A DNA stretch of 64,000 nucleotides, taken from NCBI RefSeq assembly GCF_009914755.1, contig NC_060932.1; one strand, written 5' to 3'. The translations under genes and the position numbers were made by a program. Under the pieces are notes generated by a model. The model saw only the letters and a program-made list of their open reading frames with translations, searched no databases and was not told the origin of the DNA. Source of the stretch: the human T2T-CHM13v2.0 reference genome, Homo sapiens. Position 1 is the first letter of the stretch. Every line of letters begins with the position of its first letter. Below are positions 52,234 to 64,000 of the stretch, piece by piece.

Positions 52234-52724
52234 TGATGGGGTTCAGGACATGCTACCTGAAAATATGGCACTGTGGCATTCAAGAAAGCAGCAGAAGCAG
52301 GAAGGCTACTCTATGCCCTTTTCCTGCCCTTCTCCCCTATGGCAGGTCATAAGATTCTCATTGGTGAAGTGCCCTCCCTGTAACTGGAGGAAGGAACAAC
52401 CACATCTATGAATACACAGGGACACAGAGAAGAATCAGAACCAACAGGACTTGCTGAGTATCCCTCTGTTTATCACCATTAGCTCACTCCTCCTTTGTCT
52501 AATCACACCACACTCCTCCACATCTGTCCTCTCTTCATCAAACCTAAGCATACAATACACAGGTTTCCCTGTTTCCCTCGCTCTTCATTTCGGAAGGCTC
52601 CCGTGTCGCAGAAAACTTGCATCAGATAAATGTATACTTTTTTCCTGTTCATCTGTCTTTTGCTATAGATGACTCAGCCAGAAACCCAGCGATGGGTAAG
52701 AACAGAAATCTTCTCTCCCCTACA
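52234..52724 (+). mobile_element. MER34-family (ERV1) solo LTR, complete
   Basis: TGATGGGGTTCAGGACATGCTACC..AAATATGGCAC..CAGCAGAAGCAGGAAGG..CTCCCCTACA. Perfect 4-bp TSD CAAA at 52230-52233 and 52725-52728. Confidence 0.85.
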
Positions 52725-52819
52725 CAAATAAAATATGGGCACTTTACACACAACACTGAGGAAAACAATCCTTCTCTACTTCTTACACTCAGGACACTTT
52801 CAGCAACACCTGTGCCAAT

Positions 52820-53262
52820 CACTATTCACAATAGCAAGGATATAGAAATAACCTCAATGTCCACCACCAGATGACTGGATAAAGAAAATGTGGTGTATAT
52901 ACATATACATACATACAGTGGACTACTACTCAGCCAAGAAAAAGAATGAAATCAAGCAATATGAATAGAACTGGTGGCCATTATCTTAAGTGAAATAACT
53001 CAGAAACAAAGTCAAAGACTGTATGTTCTCACATGTAAGTGGCAGCCAAATAATGTGTATACATGGACATAGAGAGTGTAAAAACAGATATCGGGGACTT
53101 GGGAGGGTGGAAGCAGGATGAGGGATGAGAAATTGCTTAATGGATACAATGCACACTGTTTGGGTGACGGCTACAGTAAAGCCCAGGCTTCACCACTACG
53201 CAACAGATCCATGTAACAAAACTGCACTTGTCCCCCGCCCCCGAATTTAGTATAAAAAATAA
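52820..53262 (+). mobile_element. L1PB (PB4-like) 3' end
   Basis: CACTATTCACAATAGCAA..GGATAAAGAAAATGTGGT..AAGTGAAATAACTCAGAAACA..AAAGCCCAGGCTTCACCACTA..CCATGTAACAAAACTGCACTTGT. Confidence 0.9.
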
Positions 53263-54574
53263 GTGAAAATAAAGATCATGAGAAGTGGTTTAAAACATGC
53301 TATTTTTAAAACAAGAATCATTTAAAATTAAGAATATTGCTTTATCATTCCAATATTCAAATCAGTGCTTTTATTATTCACAGATTACATGTTCTTAAAA
53401 TAGATTAGCAAATCTGGCCCACTTTACATCATAACATTCTCAGATTCTTTCTGATGAAATATCAACAGTGAAAAATTCACAAAACATCAGAAACTCAAAC
53501 CTCAGTATTCTTCGGCATTTTCCACTCAAATACAAGAAATTCAAATTGATCCTTCTAATGGGATAGTAATGAAAGCCTTTAAAATAACAGAATCTTAGAT
53601 CTCAAAAGAACAGACTGGCCTAATGTAACACCCAACACAGAGGTCTACTCCTCAGGGACTGAGACTGACAGCACCCAGCCTCTACCTGTGTATTTCTGGG
53701 GACAAGGAGCTCTAGGGCCACCTGTTTCTGGTAGCTAGCTCTGCTGCTGTGAGTCTTGCTGCTGCTGCTGCTGCTATCATTTTAAGAGTGAATCCAAATC
53801 ACTCTCACGGAATTTTCCACCCTTTGGCCTTAGTTCTGCACTAGCACAGTTGTACTAAGATAAGGGGAGTGGTTTTGCAAGTGGCTTTTACCCAGATAAA
53901 ATTGTGAAATAAATCAACAGCGAGCAACCTCTTTTTCCAAGGATGATTCAGGAAGAAAAAAATAAATGTGTTTAGAGTCTTCTATTCCATTCAAAATGCA
54001 AATAACTTAATTTAGTCCCATGGGAAAATAGGAAATATTCTTGCAATTCAGATCACCCACTACATTGAATAAAAGAATGTCACTGAAAAGACTGACATAT
54101 TTGAGAAGTAGAGACATGAAAGCAGCCGTCTTATTTCTTATCCTGGCAAAGGAACAAAGAATGTATTTTGAAAACTGGTGGGCTGTGTGTGTCCCGTGGG
54201 CCAGAATGCTCAACATCGAAGTTGCAGCAAGATTCTGCCCTGCCTTGGGCCTCCCTTTCTTCTCCTTCTCCCTTCACTGTGACATCCACACCATGTCCCG
54301 CGGCTCCCACACCCTCCCATCTTCAAGCTTTTCTGTAGATAGCACCTTTTTCTTTAGATAGCACCTTTATTGAAACCAGCTGACACCAATGAATTACCTC
54401 TCAAAGAGATATCCATTTTAAAATCTTTCACCTCTATCTGTACTGCACAGGGATACATCCCAGTCACGCCTCTCTCAACATTCTCCAATTTACCACCCAT
54501 CACTGAACAAAACAATCCAGAAAGAGTCTGACCAGCTCCAAGAAGCCAAGGCTCTTATTTCATCTATATACGCC

Positions 54575-54770
54575 TGTGACCCAGTGAAATGAGCACTAAA
54601 CTAAGTCACATTCCAATCCCTGCTGCCTTATGCATTACCTGTGTGCTCTTGATCATGGTACTAATCTCCCTGATCTTCAGTTTCCTTCTATGAAAAATAC
54701 AGACACTAGAGATAATGCCTTTGCGGTCTCTTCTTCAGGGTCAAATAAAACAATGTATAAAAACATGCCT
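54575..54770 (+). mobile_element. MIR SINE
   Basis: CTGTGTGCTCTTG..TACTAATCTCCCTGATCTTCAGTTTCCTTCTATGAAAAAT. Confidence 0.55.
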
Positions 54771-54835
54771 CTACAGTAATAAAACTTTGTATTTACTTAA
54801 GGGATCCCTATAGCTATATAATTAACGTATTAACA

Positions 54836-55015
54836 TAATGGTTTTCAAGTTTCAGGGGGTTACCTGGAAGGGGCAGGGCAGGCACCCATCCAGGCTCTAA
54901 GCTCCTTATACCTCCCCAGTCACCACTCCCACTGCCCACTTTGTGCACAAGGTCCCAAATCAGAACACTGTTAGGAAGTGGGGTCTCCCACTTTAGACAA
55001 GTTTGAAAACCACAG
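54836..55015. mobile_element. Possible hAT-type MITE relic
   Basis: Terminal inverted words TGGTTTTCAA / TTGAAAACCA about 175 bp apart. Family not recognised. Confidence 0.35.
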
Positions 55016-56870
55016 CATTCGCTATTTTAGCTGCAACATCACATGACTGATTCCTACTAAGCTTATGGTCAGTTCTTTCTAATGGGTTAGTTCGTTTGTT
55101 ATAGAAGCCCTTTTCATTGAATTCTCTTATTTCCCAGTATACCACAATCTTGGAATGAAACAGGGCACAGAATAAGGAAATAAATACCGATTCCAGGTGT
55201 ATATTTGAGGCAGCCTACTTTGCTTGCTCTCAAAGAAAGCAGTTAACAACTTGTGAAAGTGGAAAGAACCTTTCAGATGATGGCCGTGAAAAATGGCAGG
55301 CACCAAGACGTTCCTAAGTCAAACAAAACCATAAAACCATTCCTGTACTTGATTACACAAATGCAGAAAACCAATTTTTTAAAATATGCTTTTAAGTCGA
55401 GAAATAAAAGCAGAAATGCTATTTTTGAAAACTCACGTCAAAATAAAGAAGGCTCCAATGATGATTTGCTGGGCGAGCCACCCATCGTCCCAGCAAAGCA
55501 GACGAGCTTTGTTCTGTTAAATGTGTGCCCTCTTCAGAACACAACAAGGATCTGAGGATGGAAGCGAATTTTTGTCTCAGGCCAACGCACATCACAGGTT
55601 ACTGCAGAATTCGACAAAAATATATATTTGATCTATCTATATGGTAAAGAGGCTAACAGTCTTTTTGGGCCCATGACGACAATGACTAGAGAGGTGTTTG
55701 ACAGACTATTTGCCGTCCATGCTGGACAGACAGCAGGGTGGACACTGAGTACAGGGATGTGGAGAGAAGAAGACACAAGTTCTAATTTTACAAAGACACA
55801 CCAAGAATGGGGAAGGAGAGGGCAAGACACACAGTCACAGGTGAAACCCCCAACAGCAATGAAGTGTGTCCTGCAAGGAGGGGACCCGACATTGAACCCC
55901 TGACCCCGAGTGGGCTCCTGCCTTGCCTCAGGGCAGCTGTGATGATGCTACTGCAGAAGCTTCTGGAAGGCCTGCATCTAACCAGTATCCCTTGACGTAA
56001 AGGCTCTCGTTCCCACTGTGTCAAAAGAGATATGCTACAATGTACAGGCCCACACTTGTGATTTTTCAAAGTGCTATAAATTTAAAAATGAGGACAAGTC
56101 CATAGCTCCTGTCAAGACATATGATTCCATACGGCTACTGGTTATCTGCACTTTTTAATCTTGTGGGCTCCCGAGCTGGGACTTGTTTCTTGCGTACGAG
56201 AGAGGAATGGTGGCTCCAAGGAGCTCAGAGCTTGCTAGGCTCAGGGTGAACAAAGCTGTGTAACATGAACGAGACCTTCTGAGAGGAAAGGCAATGTTAG
56301 GCCTTGAACACCAAACCCTTTCTCCCCAGAAGTCCGATAGCAGAAGCTAGTTGAGATAGATAAGGACGCCCTCCTCTACCATGTGGCTGAATGCCTGGCT
56401 CCCTTCACCAATGTGCCTCTCTGCACCGCAGAGCTCCTCTCTGCCCGGGGTCCCTGTGCCCAGCGTGACTGCAAGCCCTTATCACTTAGTTGACTTCTAA
56501 GTTACAGCCCATGTGTTACTCACTTTCATGGCCTAAAATTTAAAATGGATAGAATACAGTGTTCCAGATGCCACACAGGCCTAAGTCCCAGCCTCACAGT
56601 CAGCCCTAACTCACCCGACATGCAGGTCCCCTCACCTCATGGGGCCTACTTCTATTAAACAACCACAGTGCAACACGCAGCCCCCAAGGATCCTTCTGGA
56701 TCTTCAGTTCTGTGATTATTAGATAAAGCATCTGAGGATTCTACCTTTCTGCATGGTTCGTTATGCCTCTGTGAAAAGACCCACGTGTCTGTAGGCCTGT
56801 GAAACACTTTGGGGATGTCTCAACAAAATTCCAGAACTGCGTCTGCCAGTTTGCGTATATGCAAACATGT

Positions 56871-56951
56871 GCTGGGCTGAACCACTTGGAATTACCGATA
56901 TTTGGCTCTCTTTGCCCATAAAAATGGCAATTTCATATGGGTCAACCTAAG
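56871..56951. mobile_element. MADE2 (mariner-derived MITE)
   Basis: About 80 bp: GGCTGAACCACTTGGAATTACCGATATTTG..AAAAATGGCAATTTCATATGGGTCAACCTAA, matching the MADE2 TIR as recalled. Confidence 0.8.
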
Positions 56952-58504
56952 TATATTTAGCATAGGGGCACGCGAATGCACAGAATGTTGCTTTCATCTT
57001 ATATTCAGCTGGTGTGCATGTTATATGCTTGGGATCATGAACCATACCTTTGCCTGACCATAGTATAAATTTAAGTGTCATCATGTATATTAAATACCTA
57101 ATATAATACCTGGCACATTAGTCATTATCCCAATATTATGAATTGAAGTCATTAATATTACTCGTTGGTAACTTTACTTCCACTGTTTTTCAGCACAATA
57201 AAATGACTTCTTCCTCTCTTATATAAAACAGAGCAAAAGAGCATTTTAGGTAGAATGGAACTGGCAAAACTCTCTCATGCCAAGTAAACTGGGATTTCTT
57301 TTGTCACCTTAGAGATTTAGGTTTCAACGGCAAAAACACCGAATGACTTTCTCCTCACCACTCTGCCTCTCTATAAAATAGGCAACCCCCAATGTCACAG
57401 AGGGCATGGCCTGAAAAGTGGGGAACCACGGCAGGTATTGCTTATATAGGACTTTTTACAAAGAAATAAAGAATTGTGTATTACAAGAGTGAAATAGAAA
57501 TGCTGATGACAAAGTGTCAAGTTCTAAAATGACAGTGCCTCTCTCATTGATCTTTGACCAGTATCATTCCTACACCAGCTTCCTCTTCACCTTAAAGTAA
57601 AGCTGAGGTCAGATATTACACAAAATGTTAATGTGATTGAGAGATTTACAAATTCACATTCCTCCGTTGGTTCCCTTAGCAACAGCTCTAGCTTTTACAG
57701 CCCACCTAGGCTACACAACAAACACTCCGGGGCAAGAGCTCTTTGGGACTGATTTCTTAGAAACCCTACCTTGCAGTCAGAACACAGCTTGTAAAACAAC
57801 ATTTAAACAGAAAATGCAACGGCATGTTTAATCAAAGACTTAAAGATATACTTCAACCAAGCGTTTGGTCTAGTTGCTCTGTTCTGCCATAGGAGAAGAC
57901 TGCCCTCCTAGACATTTCACTAATACCTCTCTAAAGCAGTCGGACTGTTTCCTGTCACCACCAGGCTTCCGAGTTCTGATACGAGGCGTGCAGTCATGCC
58001 TGGTCTGCCGTCCACAGAATGACCACAGGTCACGGGTAAACTTAGACTCGAGCCTGTGCCGCAGGATGAATCCCTTGGCCGAAGGGTCCTGCAGCAGGAG
58101 CACATGCTGACAGTGCCTTGGTATGTGAGACAGGCATGGATGTGCCCCACGGTCACCGTGTTTGGGAGCAACACCGGCACAGGGATAAACTGAAACCCCC
58201 ATTGCGAAGCAGCTAATGGGGCAGGACAGGCACGTATCTGCAGTCTGTCTGCTGCCTCTACATGAGCTCAGCACTGAGAATGTCAAGTGTTGTGCTGTGT
58301 TTCCAAACGGTAAACACCCAGAAGCTGGAGGCTTCTTTTTTCCCATTGTCTTACGTGGTAATAGCAACCAACGTGCTCATGGAATATCATGACACTTCCA
58401 GTGAAACAATAGAAAGGTGCAGAGAGTGAACACAGGAGGTCGGATGGCACGAGAAAGGCATTTCATAATTTATCACCACAGAAATTCCTTTAAGATAGGA
58501 TCCA

Positions 58505-58821
58505 GGCCGGGCACAGTGGCTCACACCTGTAATCCCAGCACTTTGGAAGGCTGAGGTGGGCAGATCGCCTGAGGTCAGGAGTTGGGAGACCAGGCTGGCC
58601 AAGGTGGTGAAACCCCTTCTCTACTAAAAATACAAAAATTAGCCAGGCATGGTGGCAGGTGCCTGTAATCCCAGCTACTCAGGAGGCTGAGAAACGAGAA
58701 TCACTTGAACCCAGGAGACAGAGGTCACAGTGAGCCGAGATTGTGACACTGCACTCCAGCCTGGGCGACAGAGCGAGACTCCATCTCAAAAAACAAACAA
58801 AAGAACAACAACAAAAAAAAA
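58505..58821 (+). mobile_element. AluSx-like
   Basis: Full dimer. TSD ATAGGATCCA at 58495-58504 and 58824-58833. Confidence 0.95.
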
Positions 58822-58894
58822 CCATAGGATCCAAAGAGCTAAACTGACAGGTCAGGATAATATCCTGTTAAGGTTCAGCCTCCAAGTATCACAG

Positions 58895-59125
58895 TCTTAA
58901 CAGTCACTACCATTTCCTGAGCACTTCCCCTGTGCCAGGCCACATGCTTAGTACTTTGCATCTGTCTCGTCCTTTAAGCCTAACAATAACCCTGTGATGT
59001 AGGTCTTTTTTCCCCACTGTGGGTATACTAAAACTCAGGTCTGGACAGGTTCACGCTGGAAGGGCCACACAGCTGGTAGGCAGCAAAGCCCAGATTTAAA
59101 CCCTAGAGTGATGAAGCCAGTAGGA
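58895..59125 (-). mobile_element. MIR SINE
   Basis: CCATTTCCTGAGCACTT..TGTGCCAGGC..AACAATAACCCTGTGATGTAGG..GGCCACACAGCTGGTAGG..GATTTAAACCC. Confidence 0.75.
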
Positions 59126-59967
59126 ACTATCCCTAAAATCTCTCTCCTGGATGTGCACAGAGGAGAGACCTAAGACCTTATTTGTGCCCACGGCCTGGTC
59201 CTTGTCGCTGAAGCACTGAGGCGTTAGCCAAGCAGTGGCTGGCCCTGAACCAACAACCTTCCTGACGGAGGAGTCCAGGAGGCAGAGCACCCCACGGACT
59301 GTCCTCTTTCTAATACATATTAATAATATAAGTCTCAGAGTGGTCGTGAGGATTCAGTGAGCCAGAATTTATAGCACGCAGCTCTGTGTAACTAATGTTC
59401 AACCAACAGCAGCCCCTTCTCCCCAACCAACCCTGTCTCCAGCCACCCTCACCGCCTTCCCCACAGTCCGTGGGAAAACATGATTGAAATATATACCTCA
59501 TCAACAATTGATCCAGGAACCAGACCACTTCCCAGAGCACCCAAGTCCAATGCGGACTCCCTTCCCTAAGAGTTGGATGGCTGTAGGCCTTTAAAAGGCA
59601 CTCTAGGCACTCTTGTATGACTCAGCTCCAAGGCAGGACCCCATATGGTGCTTATTACAAGTGAAATATATTTGAGGCCAGGCCTATTGTAGAACCTTCT
59701 GGCCTGCTAGCCCAAGTGTCAGTATGCAAATGGCCAAGACTCGTTCTTCTGCATTATGGGGTCCATCTAGATAAGTCAAAAGACATATCTTTGTGTACCT
59801 ACTCTGCAACTATTTTAAACATCTATTTTATGACTCCGGGTAAACTGTTTAACCTTTCTGATCCTATCACAGTCCCTGGCACACAAGGCTCATTTGATAA
59901 ACAGCAATTAGTATCTTATTACTATTACATGTCTCACAGGACTGTCATTGGGCTTTTAAATATACCA

Positions 59968-60233
59968 GGTGGATCCATCATGAATGGGATTAGTGCCCTT
60001 ATAGGACAGCCTGCTTTCTCTCTCTCTGTTCAGCAAGAAGGTGACCATCTGTAAACCAGGAAGCAGAGCCCTCATCAGACACCAAATCTGCCAGTGCCTT
60101 GATCTTGGACTTCCCAAGTCTGCCAGTGCCTTGATCTTGGACTTCCCCAGCCTCTAGAACTGTGAGGAAATAAATTTGTTGTTGAAGCCACCCAGCCTAC
60201 GGTATGCTGCTATAGCAGCCAAACTGCCTAAGA
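59968..60233 (+). mobile_element. MLT1A-like LTR 3' part with a 32-bp tandem duplication
   Basis: CATGAATGGGATTAGTGCCCTTATA..CCCTCATCAGACACCAAATCTGCC..GAACTGTGAG..AAGCCACCCAG..TATAGCAGCC. Confidence 0.85.
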
Positions 60234-62413
60234 TCCATGGTAACCAGACCCCAGGCTTAGTGATGGGGGTCCCCTAAGCAGAGTCAAACACGCTTCAGAG
60301 AATTCAGTGACAAAAAGAACAGAGAGTGGCCAGGGAGAGCTGCAGTGGAGCAAGAATCTAACATTGCTAATGTCAAATAAGTCATCTGAAAGTCCAAACT
60401 TTTTTTGTGAAAGGGGAGAATTAACTTCCTCGGGCAAAATCTCCAATTTACAGAACGATCAGGACCAATATCACCTCATTGAAAAGCACGGTTCAGATAA
60501 ATTAAAATTAGCAATCAACCTTGAGAATTGTATTGGCAAGGTGGGAGTCATTTCACTCTATCTGAACTGTGACAGAAGATAACACATGTCAGTCTTCTCT
60601 GTCTTTCCCTTTATTAATCAATTAGGAGACCAAAAACTCAATTTAAAAAATCATATAAAAGGCTTATAAACATCATTCAGTTCTTCTTCAGTCATTTGTT
60701 TTCATTTGGTATAACTGGTTTTTCCATTTAAAGAAAATTAAATAAAATATGAGATGTTATTGTAATGGCTTAAGAGGAGATTTGGGGATTATACTTCTGA
60801 GAAAAGTGTTCTCCATTTCCCTCCTGTGTGTTTCTGGCATCCCAGCATCGCCTCCCAGCTCAGGAAGAGGCAGCGACAGAGTCCCCAGTGGCTGGCTGCA
60901 GGGTGGACACTGGCCATAGGGAATGAGAGACGGCAAGATCTCTGAGATCTTCTAACCACAGGGTATGGAGAGCTTCCCAGGGATAGAAATTTCTAACAAG
61001 CTCCATAGGGATTTCTGTAGCACATCAATGTGTGAATACTAGGATTCCTAACCATTCATTAACGAGCAGTAAATCCAGGATCATTCTCTCAACGGTCAGG
61101 AGTGTACACCTACGAACCTGCTAACCTTAGCTATTCTCACTTCACACTCATAACCTTTGTGAATGCCACTCCCCGGCATGGACTGCCCTCCCCTACAATA
61201 AGTCTTCTTTTCTTCCTGAAAGCTAATTGCTACCTGCCCAAATCCTACATATCCTTGAAAATAGTTAAATACCATTTCCACTCTTTTGTCTATGTAGCTT
61301 TCTTTGATCCTATCAGCTAGAAGTAATTTCTTCTGTGGCGAAATTTCCATTTAATTTAGGCTTTATTTGCATTGTCATTGCCTTCTATACTTTGCACTGT
61401 GGATATGAACGTGTACATTTCTCCTACATTGGAGGGCAAGCTTCCAGAGAGAAGAATCCACAGAGGATTCCCCTTTGTATCCACGGGACCCAGCACATGA
61501 TCAGTGCCCTAACATTCCACAGAGAAGGAAATAAATAAGAAACAAAGGAACAAAGCAATAGGCAAGAATGTGTCCTTTCTGATAACTTTTATAGTTCTGT
61601 AGTTTGCAAAAACAAGCTGAGCTTGCTCCACAGACCATTAACATCTCTATATACACACTCAGCTTGCTAATAAAAGCACACTGAGGATTCTTAAAGGCCC
61701 TATAAGAAAGGTTTTATATCCTGGCTTTAGCATCTGTGGCATCTAAAACCTGAGAAGGCTATTCCTCGGAGGTGTCATTAGCTTTCTGTGTGCCCTCAAA
61801 GGCTCAAAGACAATTTGCTGGACTCCTCTAAGAATGCTAGTTTCTTTCCAGCCACTGCAAAATACATCTTAGCGACCGCCAGAATTGTCATTTGCTTTCT
61901 ATGCCTTCAAAAGCACTGTGAGAAATAGAGCCCCGTGCTATTACTGGCACTGTTGGTTTCCCTATGTAATTTCAAAAGGGCCCTCCAAAATCGCTTTGTA
62001 TGTGCGGTCTCTGTGTGTGTGCATAGTGACGCCAAGATTATTTTTTCCGTCGAAATGTCTTGTCCACAAAGCCTACACAATTTTTGTCTAATAGCTTCCC
62101 AGTGAAAGAATGTCGGAGGGGAAAATATCCAAGCAGCAACAACTCTTATTTCATCCACACCAACAGAAAGAGAACAATGATCACAATGCCCTCAGATCTG
62201 AAATAATATTCACATACATGTTAGAGCTTAACATGTCTAGAATCCCCCAGTGGGGATCAACATGCAGTCAACATTCTCACCGAGTAATACCATTAGTCGG
62301 GGCACAGGGAAGTTAAAGATAACTTCCCCTGAAAAGTTGTTATCCTGTATGATAGAATAATGAGCAGTCTCTAATTCACAAAGTTGCTGAGAAATGTTCC
62401 ACACTGTCAGTAT

Positions 62414-62600
62414 ACAGTGTTTCTCAATGGAAGTACTACTGGCATTTGGGGCAGAAAAATTCTCTATTGGTGAGGATAAGGGACTGCCTGACAGTCTGAT
62501 GAATGTTTAGCGTCCTTGATACATCCAATAGCACTCCCAGTCATTAAGATGACCAGAAATGCCCCTTCAACATCCCACCCATGTCTCCAATTATCCAGTT
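62414..62600 (+). mobile_element. MER20/MER20B-like hAT-Charlie relic
   Basis: CAGTGTTTCTCAA..CTGGCATTTGGGGCAG..GAATGTTTAGCGTCC..AGCACTCCCAGTCA..GACCAGAAATGCCCC. Confidence 0.55.
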
Positions 62601-64000
62601 ACTTCCAAGGGATGTAGGTACTGCTAGCATATGGATGGATGGGGATAGGTGCACATACAAACTCACACTTTAATATCCAAGTTGCTTCTATATATTTTAT
62701 GTCACAGGTTTTATATATAGATATGTATGTATTCATATTTATCATTACGGAGAGAGAGAGGAGAAATATGGGGAATGGAACTACTATTTGCTGAATGTCA
62801 ACCCTGTGCAAGCCAGACACAGAGTTTGCACAAGTATAAGCTGGTTTGGACAGATTCAACTCAGCCACTTACAAACACAGAATGTCTTTATTTTTCCTAA
62901 TAACTGGTATCTTTGCTTTTTTGAACCTCCAGGGGCTCAAGGATGGAGGAATAAAGAGAGAAAACCTAAGCCTGTAAGAACAGCATTCCCACCCCTTCTG
63001 ATCTGCACAGTCCAACCCATGCATGCTGTGCTCTAAGCCTGCATGAGAATCAGGCCTCCTCCTGAGCTGGTCTTCCCCTTCTCTTCCTCAAGGTCCTGCT
63101 TGGTGCTCTCAGTTTCCCTGCATCAGAGGCTGCAGGGCAAGAGAACAGGTGTCTGCTCAAGGGTGAATCAAGGAAACTCATTATTCCAAGAAATTATTTC
63201 ACCTCATCACTTTATATTTATTTTATTTCATTTAACTTTCTGAATAACCCTGAAAGATGTAGACTTTAATTCTCATTTTTCAGGTCAAGTCCATTTTCCA
63301 AGTAGGAGAGCCAAAGGTTTTCACCCTGAAGCCCGAGTTTGTTTCTCTTTACATCCTTGCCTTTACGATACCATGCTACCACTACCAATGATAGTCATGC
63401 AGAATACCAATCATGTCCAGGGGTGACCAAGACAGCAAAGAACCTACAGCAAACTCATTTCAGATCATCTGTTAAAAAACAGAGTCTCCGTCAGTCAGAA
63501 GCTAGAGGCATAAGATATTCTGGATGATGGAATCATCAATTAGCCACCACTGCCTCTATTTGCATAAAATAGAACTGCGAAGAGTTGAGATACCATCTTT
63601 ACCCCTCAAGGGGCTTGCAAACTCGTGAGAAAATTAAGAGAGAAAGCATATTATATAGCGTAAAGGGTTAAGTAAGGCTGACAGTAAAGGCATGTACAAG
63701 TTTACCAAGGAGACTGAATGTCTTCCTAAACTCCTCTCCTGGAAAAAATCAACCTAATATATAATAACAAGCTTTTGATGATTCATTCTACTATGTCCAT
63801 TGCAACGTAAACATTTAGTAAATATCTGTTGCATGAATGAATAGATGAGGTCATGAAGAGTACCTCTGATGAAGAGTTGAATAGAAAAGAAGTTTTAAGC
63901 AACTCTTCCGTGCTCTCTAAAAGATACACTACTGTAGCTGCTGTCCGTTCTGGAGACTCACCTACATCTGGAATATCACATGGGCAGCATCACCCTCATG

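Overview
This is primate (human-like) nuclear DNA, not prokaryotic. It contains about 12 Alu/FLAM elements (AluJ, S and Y types), old L1M/L1P fragments, L2 and MIR SINE/LINE relics, MaLR/ERV solo LTRs (MLT1, LTR41-like, MER21, MER34) and DNA-transposon MITEs (MER58, MER2, MER5, MADE2, MER20-like). I can support no protein-coding exon, RNA gene or CRISPR array. All listed ORFs look like chance, Alu-derived or low-complexity frames. The window reads as a long intron or gene desert. Several repeat-free, TAAT-rich blocks (about 30.3-30.75 kb, 40.85-41.4 kb and 47.5-49.3 kb) resemble conserved developmental enhancers and carry PBX-MEIS, RFX and homeodomain motifs. The most unusual structures seen directly are an 88-bp, 94%-identical direct repeat bracketing 1.46 kb of DNA (17501-19140), a 5'-truncated Alu with a patchwork templated junction (40320-40485), a compound CAC/CAG repeat with an internal 117-bp duplication, and closely spaced inverted Alus. 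Repeat subfamily names are recalled from consensus sequences by eye, and the boundaries of old elements are approximate. I found no new biological system that I can support.
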